Shown here piece by piece: positions 51,595 to 64,000 of a DNA stretch of 64,000 nt. The stretch is from Octopus vulgaris (lineage: Eukaryota). The position numbers and the translations under genes were made by a program. Location of the stretch: NCBI GenBank assembly GCA_951406725.2, contig OX597816.1, positions 158,968,001 to 159,032,000 of the forward strand. Direction: 5' to 3'. The stretch's first letter is position 1. Every line of letters begins with the position of its first letter. Below the pieces are notes generated by a model, which worked only from the letters and a program-made list of their open reading frames with translations, was not told where the DNA came from and ran no database searches.

Positions 51595-52213
51595 GTGAGA
51601 TATTGCCTTTGGACCAAGAATTCAACAAAGATGCTATGCATATAAGGAGAATGACAAATTTATTTTTGGAAGATTAGAGGACAGTCTTGGACTGGAATTT
51701 CTGCCTCAATAAATGTCATCGGCATCACACTTCTAATTTTTCTCAAAGACCCAAAAGCCATAGATATACATATATGAAAAGGATAAAGCATATTTATGCT
51801 CTTTGGTAGTCTGTACAAATTAAACAACAGTAAACGTACATGAACATCATAAATAAATAAAGGTATATCAAATACAATACAATATGAGTTGCTGATTTAT
51901 TAAAACTAAGAAGTGAGATCATGTCAAACATCAAAAATACTCCGAAGTTAACATGCCGTTAATGAAAATGATTTTCAAGAAATAAGACGGTAGATATGAA
52001 AATTATTTTTCCGAACCGATATGGTAGAGGAAAAAACCAAAACCGTTCGTCAAGAAATAGTAGGGGACACAAAGACAGACACTCGCACACACCCACGTAC
52101 ATCGAGACACAGATACAGGTACACATACTCATATGAAAGCATATTTACATATACATCGGGCTGCCACATACATGCTTGTCAGTGTGCGCGTGCGTCTATA
52201 AACTATATATACA

Positions 52214-52275
<62 letters not shown>

Positions 52276-52683
52276 TATATACATATATATATACATATAT
52301 ATATATACACATATATATACATATATACAAATATACATATATACACACACATATATACATACATACAAACACATACATATATATACACATATATATACAT
52401 ATATATAGAGAGAGACACACATATATACAAATATATGCACACACATACAGATATACATGTAAATAAATAGAGTTAAACCCTGGTAACTGTTTATCTATTT
52501 TTCCGTGTTAATTGTAAACAAGGGAAAAATACACACATCTACATATAGACGTATATATATACAAATATACATACATATATACATATATATACATATATAT
52601 ATACATATATATATATACATGTATATTCAAACACATATACACAGACATATATATATATACATATATATACACACATAGGTATA

Positions 52684-52737
<54 letters not shown>

Positions 52738-52751
52738 CACATATATATATA

Positions 52752-52956
52752 TAGTTAATCCAAACATGGACAAAGAGAATACGCAGCAACGCATGGATGT
52801 GAAACAAGTATAGTGTTATTGGACGCTCAGGAAAGGAAAGAAAGAAGGAGGAATCAACGTTTCGAGCGGAGCTCTTCGTCAGAAACATAGAAAAGGAAAG
52901 GTCGAAGGAAGGGAAGACGGAGAAAGAAAATCGCCAATGATACACACGCGATCACA
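52752..52956 (-). mobile_element. Solo PLE terminal repeat with a hammerhead motif (52852-52886)
   Basis: gttt-CTGACGA-a-gagc(tcc)gctc-GAAA-cgtt; resembles 38938-39120; flanked by (TA)n. Confidence 0.75.
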
Positions 52957-53039
52957 TTATATATATGTGTGTGTGTGTATGTAAATATGTATATATGTAG
53001 ATATATATATATCTATGTATGTATGCATATATATGGATG

Positions 53040-53078
<39 letters not shown>

Positions 53079-53388
53079 ATGTATATATATATGTGTGTAT
53101 GTGTGTGTGTGTGTGTGTGTGTATATACAGAAAGAGGGAGAGAGAGACAGAAGGAGAGGGGAAGAGAGAGAAAGATCTATTGTAATGATTGAGTATATAA
53201 ACAGCTTGGCTGTTTGTTTCTTTGGGATTGATGTACACACCTCTGATTAGAATACTGTAAGATATTTGAAAATCGATTAAGGGTGTTCCTCGTTTATTCC
53301 CTCTACGGAGAAATATCTAAATCAGCCCTATATATGATACACGCGCTTGCACACAGACATACAAACACACACACACATACCTACAGAC

Positions 53389-53511
<123 letters not shown>

Positions 53512-53689
53512 CAGTCAGACAGACAGACAGACAGATAATCACACAGCAAACCCAATGTCAGATTGGAAATTTTTATTAGATAATGCATCCTCGTATTACA
53601 TAACATTTATCACGAGAATAGACGATGGACGTAGGCAATACTCACATCGCAACAGTATGCAAAAATTATCACGGAAACAACGCATGCAA

Positions 53690-53951
53690 GAAAAACTTAA
53701 CGCCTAACTGTTGACAAGGAAGTCTAACGGTCAAAAAAGTTTGGGCGGTAAAGTTTATATAAACATGACAAGTGTAAGACAAATCAACGTATAACTGGTG
53801 ACGTGGAAGCCTAACAGTCGAAAAGTCATTAGCGTAGAGTTTATATAAATTCAACAACTATAAAAAAGAGGCAACAGGAAAGCTAAATATAGTTAATATC
53901 CTGATGATGGGTCTGAGAAAGTGTAAAAACATTGATTATGGATCCAGAAAC
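53690..53951 (+). mobile_element. Probable PLE terminal-repeat remnant with a truncated hammerhead
   Basis: CTGATGA-tgggtctg..tggatcca-GAAAC, stem III and cleavage site absent; upstream ~90-bp tandem duplication. Confidence 0.45.
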
Positions 53952-54264
53952 TTTTTTTTCCCCCAAATAACTTCAAAAACGAAAAAGAAAAGAAAAGAAG
54001 CGAAAATGCAAAAAAAATATTTCATAAAAAAGATAAAACTTGAACATTTTCGTGCTAATATTGAAACTAAAACACGCACAGGTCGTTAGGTATGTTTGAT
54101 AGGACAAATACGAGAAATAGAACTTAATACATAGATGTATATTAATACATATAAATATTCTTTTTCCCTCAATCAGAAACATTTCTGAAAATGACTCAAG
54201 CTCCGAGAGCGTAGGCACTGCTTTTATAAAATTCATTTGAAATCTGCTAGCACTGTGTGTGTGC

Positions 54265-54328
<64 letters not shown>

Positions 54329-54675
54329 AACGAGACTGCATATTTGAAATCATTGATGAGTCCAATAATAGGTACCGGATTTTTTAAAACGAATATACAT
54401 CCCTTCGTGGCGGTGCTACAGTATGGGCGCAGTTCAGTAAAAGGAAGAAATACAACCAGAAACAAACGACCGATTATTTAGTTAGTCAGATACTAAACTG
54501 ATTTCCTAAATAATAAAGAAGTGGACTCACTCAAGACACAAAAATGTATGTATCAAAAATATGTTGTGTGTGTTTGTTTGTGAGTGTGTGTATGTATGCG
54601 TGCGTATGTAATCGAGCGCACGCAATTTCGATATGTAAGTGTATTCACATATACATACATACATACATACATACA

Positions 54676-54709
<34 letters not shown>

Positions 54710-54711
54710 CA

Positions 54712-54745
<34 letters not shown>

Positions 54746-54839
54746 CATACATACATACATACACGCTCATTCAATTCACATACAATGGACGACTTCATAC
54801 TGCAAAGACACACACACAAAGGTACACACATAGAGGTGT

Positions 54840-54885
54840 GTGTGTGTGTACATATATATATATATATGGATATACATATATGTAC

Positions 54886-54959
<74 letters not shown>

Positions 54960-55343
54960 TTGTATATACATATATATATATGTATATACATACATATATA
55001 TGTATATATATGTGTGTGTGTGTACATATTTATATACAAATATACATATATATACATAATTGTATATGCATATATGCATATATATATACATATATACATA
55101 TATATACATATTTGTATATACATATATGCATATTTATATATATACATATATGCATATATATATGTATATACATATATTCATATATATACATATTTGTATA
55201 TACATATATGCATATATATATGTAAATACATATATACATATATATACATATTTGTATATACATATATGCATATATATATGTATATACATATATACATATT
55301 TGTATATACATGTATTCATATATATATGTATATACATATATAC

Positions 55344-55440
<97 letters not shown>

Positions 55441-55505
55441 TATACATATATATATGTATATATACATATATATATGTGTGTGCGTATTCATATATACATA
55501 TGTAT
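54840..55505. repeat. Complex (TA)/(TACA)/(TATG) degenerate satellite
   Basis: Direct inspection; recurring unit catatttgtatatacatatatg. Confidence 0.95.
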
Positions 55506-57311
55506 GTACTAGAAAAATACGGCAAACCATTTTCCCTGTACATAGAAAATAACTGGAAGAGATACCTGGATGACCGTTTCATTCTTTGGCATGAAAGTAT
55601 AGAGAGACTTAAAGAATTTCAAGCACTTATAAATGGACTTGATGTAAACATTCAATTCACGATGGAATATAGCCATCAACAACTTCCCTTCCTCGACATC
55701 CCCATTAAGAAATCTAACAACGTAATAGAAATAGATATATACTATAAACCCACGGACTCCAAGCAATATCTACCGTTCAACTCATGCCACCCCAGACACA
55801 TCAGAATGAATATCCCCATCAACCTAACAAAAAGGATCTCTACTATAGTTTCTAATGCAAGCATCAGGGACGCACGACTATATGAACTAAAGGATATACT
55901 CATCACCAGGAACTACCCACCTTCACTAATTGACATATGCTTTTAACGTGCCCTTCAACTCAACATCCAGGAACTCAGACATCCTAAATTAAAGAAAGAT
56001 TTATGACCAAAAGCCCTACCATACATCTCCACACACAACCCACTTAACAATGAAGCCTTCAACACCATCCTTCAAAACTTTCCCCTGCTAAAAAAAGGAC
56101 CACAGAATGAACTTAATCCTCCAAACACACACCATCATAAAAAGCAAGAGACAGCCCAAATCTATGAAAAGTCCCGAATACGCTCAACAACAACAAGGAA
56201 GCCGTTAGTAAAAAAAATGTGGAAGACACATGTAGGATATGCGTCAATTTAATTGAGGGATCAGAGTTCTTCTTCAAACAGTGACAACGTTTTACAGTGA
56301 AAAGAAACTTCACATGTACTTCGGAGAACCTGATATACGCACTAACTTGTTCTGGGTGTCAAAAGCAATACATATGCCAAACAAAAAAACAGTCTGTATC
56401 AAAGAATGGCTCTGCACAGATCCCAGATCAAAATTCCGAAAAACAGAAAAATAGCAATTAGCCAACGCATAGACATTTGCTCCAATAACAAAAATCCAAG
56501 CTTCAGAATTTTTACCCTCTATCAATTCAGGGACGATAAAACCTATAGCCAACGAATTATTAAAGAGTCGTTCTTTATCACAAAATACAGACCCCTTTTA
56601 AACGCATCTACAACAAATAACATATCCACCACGACCTTAGAATAACATACACTCAAATATTAAAAATGATACATTCAAAAGAGATACCCAAGAATTCATT
56701 AAAAACAGTCTCAATCACTACTATAATCCACAACGAGTCACTTTTTGGCCACTTGACCATTTAACATCCCACTACTATCATACCACTCCCGCATTATATT
56801 ATTCTTTCTCTTCTTCTTCTTCATCATCATCATCATCATCATTTTCTTCTTCCTCTCCGCCATCTCCTTCCTTACTCCACTACTACTGCTGCTCAGAATA
56901 ACACCCACGCAAATATTAAAAACAATACATTCAAAAGAGATATCTTAAGAATTCAATCACTACTACCATCCACAACAAACCACTTTCAGGGCGCTTGACC
57001 ATATAACATCCTACTACTATCATACCACTCCCGCATTCTCTTCTTCTTCTTCTTCTTCTTCTTCTTCTTCTTCTTCTTCTTCTTCTTCTTCAAGAGTAAA
57101 TAAGAGAGACAGAGACAGGCAGAAACAAGGAAAATGCCCCTTGTATTTAAATACTATGCAAATATTCATTTTAAAAACTTTTTATTTCATTTTTCCAAAA
57201 TTTAATTGTTTTCCATACTTAGATTTTAAAAAGTCTCAATGACTGAAACCGGTACTAAAATGTTTTTATGATAAAATTATTTTAGCATTTTCTACCTTGA
57301 CTTTTCACCTC
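55506..57311 (+). mobile_element. Penelope-like element (Neptune-like), 5'-truncated; sister of 6645-8666
   Basis: [29 protein letters not shown]; TCTSENLIYALTCSGCQKQYI; degenerate hammerhead at 57219-57258. Confidence 0.93.
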
Positions 57312-57331
57312 ATATACATATATACATATAT

Positions 57332-57391
57332 AATGGCGGTGCCCCAGCATGGCCACAGCTCATAAGCTGAAACTAGAATCAATCAATCAAT

Positions 57392-57395
<4 letters not shown>
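57332..57395 (+). mobile_element. CR1 3' tail only (family of 5590-6620)
   Basis: aatggcggtgccccagcatggccacagctc..gctgaaactaga plus (atca)n. Confidence 0.85.
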
Positions 57396-57435
<40 letters not shown>

Positions 57436-57437
<2 letters not shown>

Positions 57438-59124
57438 AGTTAAACACAGGTGTTATTCAAATTCTTTTACTTCCGACACATGTTTCGAAGGTGTTATTGG
57501 CATTATTCCAAAGGAATAAAATGGTGTAAAACAATGTAATCTTCTCTTCAGGGAAATGAAGAAATAACACTCGTCAATAAGACATTTTAACAGAATATGA
57601 TGGATATGTAAAGTGACGAATTGAACGCTAATAATATTTTTTTTTAATGTTAGAGGATATAACGTCAAAGGTGGCCTATAGAAAGAGGAGGAGTAAAGGA
57701 AAGAAAAAATCAGAAACCAAATAGATGAGAAGTATAGAAGGATATGTAAATTAAATAAAACTCTAAAGTCTTGGAAAAAGATATATCTAGTGAAAGTGAA
57801 ATGTAAGAAGAAAATCAATGTTTGAATTATATATAATGATAGATATCACTTATATGAACTAAAGGTGTGTTTCTGCTAATGTTTACATCGGTAAGCACAA
57901 TCTATAACCGTGTTTACAAGGGGAGTTTTAGAAAAAAGAATAAAAAATATTTCAGAATTACAGAGAAGACAGAATTCCTTGCCTTTATCAGAAGGGAACG
58001 AAATTGAGAGAATCAATCAATCTAAATTAAATTGTTTATTATGGTCTTTTAGATACCAAATTAATTTACTAACCCCTGTACTGTTACGTTTATTCCTATC
58101 CCTAAATGTAGAATAATGATTAGAAATTCTTTTAGATAACTGAGAAGATGAAATACCTATATAAAAAAAAGACATCGGTACCTAAAGTAATTTTACACTG
58201 GTATATTGAATTTTTAATTTTAGAGTTACTTGACATTAACTTAATTCTGTTGAATTGACTTCATATACAATAACCTTGTTATTAATATTTTTAGGAGGAT
58301 GGATGGTATTAGCTAGATTAATGTTAGTATTAGGAAATGTATTCTTATTTAATAGGCTAATATTATGTGAGGAGATGATTTGTAAGAGATTTTTTATGTT
58401 GGAAAAACCAATCCTAACCGTGTGCGAGTTAATAATAGAGTAATACATAGAATTCTTTGGAAAATTCCTAATAATAGCTTCCCGAAACTGCAAAGAAGAT
58501 TATATTTAATTTGCCTCCGATAAGGAATAATCAACCAAATAGATTTACTATTAGTTACCTTATTTTTAGTGTAATTATGTTTAGAATGAAAAAAGGGGTT
58601 TAAATAAGGGTTATCTCCCTTCCTCCGTTTGGTGTTGGCGTATAAGTTAAAATTGATATCGTTTATATCGTTACAACTAGATGTCATGTCTCCATTAGTA
58701 CAGGGAGAATAAGAATGAATAGAATTAATGTAGGTAACTTTCTCTGTATAACCTGTTTTATGTAAGGCAGCGTTATAAAATTCAGTCTTATCATTGAAAA
58801 TGTCAACATTAGCAGATAACTTAGACAATCTAAATGAAATATTCGTAACTAATTTCCTAGTGATTGCCCTAGAATGATTACTGAATTAGCTAATATACTT
58901 AAGATTGGTCGATGGTTTGTGGTATGGGAAGTATACGTGTAATATCTAAAAAGTTGGCCTTCGTTACAAGCATCAATGGAGGTCTATATCGTGATGATTG
59001 CTTATTTTACCTTCAAAATGTTTCTGACCAAAAGTACAAAAAATTAAGAATAGTTTAGTTAAGTTTTTTCTGTAGAATGGGCTTAGGCATCGTTTTTGAT
59101 GATGGTGTAACAAAGGCCAACTTT
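57436..59124 (-). mobile_element. Penelope-like element (Nematis-like) with a 5' inversion (58968-59124 on the + strand)
   Basis: Related to 46275-49841; inverted piece encodes GGLYRDD..TKANF. Confidence 0.88.
57469..57557 (-). ncRNA. Type I hammerhead ribozyme with extended stem II
   Basis: atttcc-CTGAAGA-gaag..cttc-GAAA-catgtGTC-ggaagt. Confidence 0.8.
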
Positions 59125-59140
59125 GTTACATCATCATCAG

Positions 59141-59890
59141 CTTTGATGAGATGAGATCAAACTCAGCAAGGGGCCCAGATGGACTCCGGGGTGTTCTCTT
59201 AAAGACAAGGCCGCTACAGATGCTCTTTCAGAGTTTCCTTGCATGGGATAAACTTCCCAGCGTGTTAAAAGAGGGTGTAATATGCCCTGTCAATAAAGGT
59301 GGGAGTAGAGCAGATGCTAAAGCTACAGACCCATTGCTCTGACCTCACATGTTAGCAAGACAATGCAGCGCATTGTCAGAAAAGTGCTGATTACGTTCCT
59401 AGAATAAAATAACCTTCTCACAAACACGCAACATGTCTTCCGTCCAGAGAGGAGCTGCCTCACACAGTTGCTGCAGCATTATGACTTGGTGCTGAAGCAA
59501 CAGCTAAACCAGTCAGCTCTAGACGTGATATACCTCGACTTTGCTAAGGCTTTCGGCAATGTTGATCATGGCATGATATGTCGCAAGCTGTGAAATCTTG
59601 GTATTACTGGGAAACTGGGTGAGTGGCTGCCTGATTTTCTGAAGGGCAGGAGTCAGACAGTTGTAGCCAATGACGCTCACTCAGTTGTAGCAAATGGTGC
59701 TCACACCAATTCTCAGCGGAGTCCTACAGAGAACTATACTGGGGACGTTCTATTTGTGGTGGCCCTCTCAGACATGCCCTCCACGGTACAGTCAACCAAT
59801 TTGACCAGTTATGCTGACGACACAAAATTATCGCAGGCAATTAGGAACTCAGAGGACATCATAAAACTGCATAAAGACCAGAACGAAATC
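59141..59890 (+). mobile_element. CR1-group LINE RT relic
   Basis: SARGPDG, YRPIALTS, RSCLTQLL, DVIYLDFAKAF, YADDTK. Confidence 0.9.
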
Positions 59891-59929
59891 TACAGCACAA
59901 TACATGTAACTATGTATAGATATATGAAA

Positions 59930-60171
59930 AAATGCAAAATTGCAGGAAAAATAACATCGTTATGGGAATTTCCATTCAAACACCCAATTGAGCTAAAAAA
60001 AAATCGATACTAACTGATCATTATCGAATTTTCGAAAAATTCCGGCCTTCTTCAAGGCATGTGATCTATCTGTGGGCCAAAAATCATTAAAATCAGTTGG
60101 ACGGTGTGGGAGGAGTTAAAGTAACCCCAAACACACACAAACAGACATCATTACACATTTATGTATCTAGA
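59930..60171 (-). mobile_element. Probable Helitron-like 5' fragment
   Basis: A|TCtagatacataaaa..gtctgtttgtgtgtg..taactcctcccaca resembles the start of 17881; no CTAG end found. Confidence 0.45.
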
Positions 60172-60186
60172 TATTTGTATATATAC

Positions 60187-60228
<42 letters not shown>

Positions 60229-60264
60229 ATATACATACATACATATATATACATACATACATAC

Positions 60265-60336
<72 letters not shown>

Positions 60337-60887
60337 GTATGTACGTATGTATGTATATATATTTGTATATACATATATATTTGTACAAACAAAGCTTTCT
60401 GAATTTAACTATTTTACAGATATATCCAAGCAAAATTGCCCTTATCTTCGGAATGCAGTTTTATAAAACAATCTGTCTTTTGTTGGGAGTAGCTTGTTTA
60501 ACACTTTCTTTTTCTGTTTTTCTGGGTTTTTTATGAGATATGTCAAGTTTATTGAGACAAAGTTACTTACAGAAACTACCAATTCCATTTTTGGGTGGAT
60601 ACTTAATATCCTTATTGAATTAACCATGAGATTTAATTTCGCAGTCAAAGAGTTAAGGCATTCATAAATATTTATAATGAACTACAGTAAAGATAAATTA
60701 ACCTTTTTCAACCTATTGCTTGTAAAAAAAAGAAAAAGAAAAAGGATCGCAGCAGACGTATATTAACCTTTAGCAGTAGAAGCATCATGTCACCGTATCA
60801 GTTTTCTCCTCTATACTAACAGGGCAGCGACAGGGGACACAATTCTGAGTCTACTGGTATTTAACCTTTAGCATAGTGCTAAAGGTT

Positions 60888-61420
60888 AAATACCAATAGA
60901 CTCAGAGCAATATAGAGTGTTTACTTCATGCCTCCCGAAACATATGAGAATCAATATTCCAGTAACCTACCTAAAAGAATAGAAATCATCGTGTCAATAA
61001 AAACGAAAGGAGCTAAAAGGTATTTTGAATGAAATATATAATCCACTTATTCATTGAAAACGAAATAGAACGAGTTGTGACAATTGACATCGATAGTTTA
61101 AAAACTGTAAAAACCAAAACAGAAGGAAATAATTTGTCTCCTATTTACATAACAATACATAACCCTAAAGAATACTGAAGTCTTAATATAGTTAATCCAA
61201 ATCTATCACTTCTAAGATGCAATCTAAAAATCAAAAGAATTTTAGAAATCATAAGAAAATTAAGAGCAGAAAACGACGAAAACACTAAGGAATATATTAA
61301 GAAATGCCCGGTTATCAAGTATCTTTATATGAAACATGACAGTCAAAAAATTGCAGAAGATCAGCTTGTGGAATTTGTATTAATATATCTGGACGTTCGG
61401 AATTTGTTTTAAATAAATCA
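60888..61420 (+). mobile_element. Old Penelope-like fragment
   Basis: PIDSEQY..FTSCLPKHMRINIP resembles [20 protein letters not shown]; THNP-like motif downstream. Confidence 0.6.
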
Positions 61421-61489
61421 ACGAAATTTCAATTGCTAAAACAACAACAACAACACCATCAATGCTAATAATAGGAGCACAAAGGGGAT

Positions 61490-61700
61490 AGCTGTTCATG
61501 TGGTAATTGGTGTACTTAGCACACCACCTAAACTGTTACTTAAGAGGCTGAGGGATATTGGAAATGAGACACATGTCAATCTGCAGAAAAGTCTTACCTT
61601 GTATTCTGTAAGAATCCAAAGATTCAGGAGATTTGAAGAGATTTGTCACCAAACCTCGAAATAATATCCCTACTAACTAGTGTAGCATTTAATAGCTTCA
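61490..61700 (+). mobile_element. R4/Dong-like 3' end relic
   Basis: VHVVIGVL..KRLRDIG..LQKSL..SVRI followed by (GAT)/(AAT). Confidence 0.55.
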
Positions 61701-61899
61701 ATAATGACAACGACGACGATGATGATGATGATGATGATGATGATGATAATAATAATGGTGGTGGTGGTGTTTCAAATTTTGTCAAAAAGCCAGTAATTTG
61801 TTAACACTTGCGGTAGAGAAGATTATGTTTAAAGTGACTGGGTAGAGACTAGTATACCAAACTAATGCTATGAGAAGAAAGCGGATGACAGAATTGTAG

Positions 61900-64000
61900 G
61901 TGGAAGAGATTACAAGCAGAAAAGAAAAACCAGGCAGTAGAAAAGCCAAACAACAGCATATGAAATACAACTCAAACTAAAGGAACCTAAAGGAAAAGAT
62001 AATAACAGCACTACCAATCAAGAAGGAACAACTGGCACCAGCGACTTAAGCGATTTAAGTGAGGACGGTCAGAAGATTTTAGATGAGTTGCAGGAAGTGA
62101 TGTACAAAAAAGAAAAAGATTGCCAACAATAAAAGGTACCAACAGAAGGAAGCTGCTAGATATGACAAGGAAAGTAGACTCTACTATCAGTAGGATAGAT
62201 ATTAAAATATAGGAGACACTAACTTATTGATTTCTGCAGAATGGCAGTAGTTACTAGAAGATTAGGTATTCCCCAAGGAAAGATTAGAAAAGAGCAAATG
62301 TGAAAAAGGAGATTACAAAATAAAGTGAAGACGTTTAGACAAGCTCTGAGAAGAATAGAAGTCTGTAAACTGAACAAGTTAGGAAACACAAGATTTAAAC
62401 CTTCTCTTGAGAAAAGATACTTAGTCAAAGAAAAAGGATTTGGGACAGTAATAGAAGTGTTGAAACGGTGTATCATAGCAGTGTAAGCTTTCAAGATACC
62501 AGAAAAGAATAGATCAGTATCAACAAAACAGATTATTTGAGATAGATCAGAGGAGTTTTATAGCCAAATAAATAGTGGAGAATAAAGTACTGAAGAGGAG
62601 AAACCTAATGCAGAAAAAGCTAGAAAGTTCTGAAGTAATATTTGGGACAAGTCAGTCAATCATAATGGAGATGCATTATGATTAGAGAAAGTGAGGGAAG
62701 ATGTAGTGAGTGAGAAGCAGCCAGATCTAAGACTAACTAGTGCATTAATGAGTAAAGTGTTAGAAGAAATACCCGAAATGGAAGGGCCCAGGACCAGATT
62801 TAGTTCAAGGTTATGGCTAAAGAAATTTAATAGCTTACATAGGGCGCTAGGGGAACAACTTCAGGATTGCCTTAATGGAGGAGTAATACTAGATTGGATG
62901 ACTAAAGGGGAGAACAGTACTTTTTATGAAAGACAAAAGCAAGGGTAATATAGCAAGCAATTATAGACCAATCGCTTGCCATTAGTGTGGAAGCTGTTAA
63001 CAGGAATGCTCTAAGAAAGCATTTACAAGCATCTTGACAGTCAGAATTTGCTGCCAGAAGAATAGAAAGGTTGCAGGAGGAAGATTAGAGGAACGCATGT
63101 TCTATTATACAAAAAGAAAGCAATTCTAAATTAAGTAAATTCTAGAAAGGAAAATTTAACAATAGCATGGATAGATTATAAGAAAGCCTATGACATGATC
63201 CCACACTCATGGATAAGTGAATGTTTGAATATATTCAGTATAGTAGACAACATAAGTGGAAAGTAAATCTCTACTCAGGTGACATAGCCTTATGGAAAGT
63301 TAATATCAAGAGAGAAATTTTCCAAGGCGACTCGTATTCCCATTTAACATTTGTCTTACGTTTAATCGTCCTCAGTTTAGTGTTAAGGGAGGCAAATACA
63401 GGGTGTCAGTTCAGAAATAAAAAGGAAAAATTAACCATTTGCTATACATGGATGATCTGAAGCTTTTTAGTAAGAATGAAAAAGTCAATCATCTGGCACA
63501 TTTTATTCTCATTGTGTACTACTTCTAAATCAGACCTCCTAGCTTCTATTACTCTCAGTCTGAATGTTATTTCTTACTTTCTAGTATTTTACTAGGATAA
63601 TACACATTGTAAGACACAAAGACACTGTAAGACACAAAGACACTGTAAGACAGCAAAGATATAGGTATGGAATTTGGCATAAATATGTGTGCCATATTAG
63701 TCATGAAAAAGGAATAGGTAGTCAACAGTGAAGGTATCCAATTACCAGATGGCCAGACATAAAAATCACTGAAAGAAGGAGAGAGCTATAAGTATCTAGG
63801 AGTACTAGAATCTGACAGAGTATTAACTATAGAAATGAAAACGAAACTTGAGTACATCAGAAGGATTAGGAAGCTAATAAAGTCAAAGCTAAATGGTCCG
63901 AATCTAGTGAAGGCTTTAGATACTTAGGTAGTGGCAGCTTTTTTAGATTAGACCAAATCTGAATCAGCAAATCTAGACAAAAGAGCTAGGAAGGAAATCA
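61900..64000 (+). mobile_element. R4/Dong-like LINE, degraded, runs off the window
   Basis: KGPGPD..WLKKF, SNYRPI, AWIDYKKAYDMIPHSWI, IFQGDS, YMDDLKLF, YKYLGVLE. Confidence 0.9.

Overview
This window is non-genic eukaryotic DNA dominated by repeats, most likely from an octopus. That assignment is inferred from the extreme (TA)n/(TG)n/(TAGA)n/(TAA)n density and SINEs resembling the known octopus tRNA-derived families. No host protein-coding gene could be identified with confidence; only three weak + strand mini-exon candidates were seen, and nearly all listed ORFs are microsatellite translations. Retroelements present: Penelope-like elements (PLEs) of about four families, one with an uninterrupted RT+GIY-YIG frame; CR1, RTE and R4/Dong LINE relics; and several SINE families. 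DNA transposons present: a full-length mariner nested in a PLE, Merlin-, hAT-, piggyBac- and mariner-type MITEs, and non-autonomous Helitrons. Six signals stand out. (i) About nine hammerhead-ribozyme motifs lie in PLE termini, two of them with an extended stem II that shares a distal hairpin. (ii) A non-coding RTE-derived element has a putative HDV-like ribozyme at its 5' end. (iii) A near full-length R4/Dong LINE has twin-priming-like 5' inversion geometry inside a (TAA)n-targeted element stack. (iv) An unassigned ~550-bp TAA-embedded element has a fixed 5' end. (v) Several fold-back or templated insertions occur, including a CR1 tail fused to an inverted copy of neighbouring DNA. (vi) The main SINE shares its 3' tail with a CR1 LINE. 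I see no evidence for a new protein-coding system. Clade names and RNA folds were assigned by eye and need database or covariance-model confirmation.
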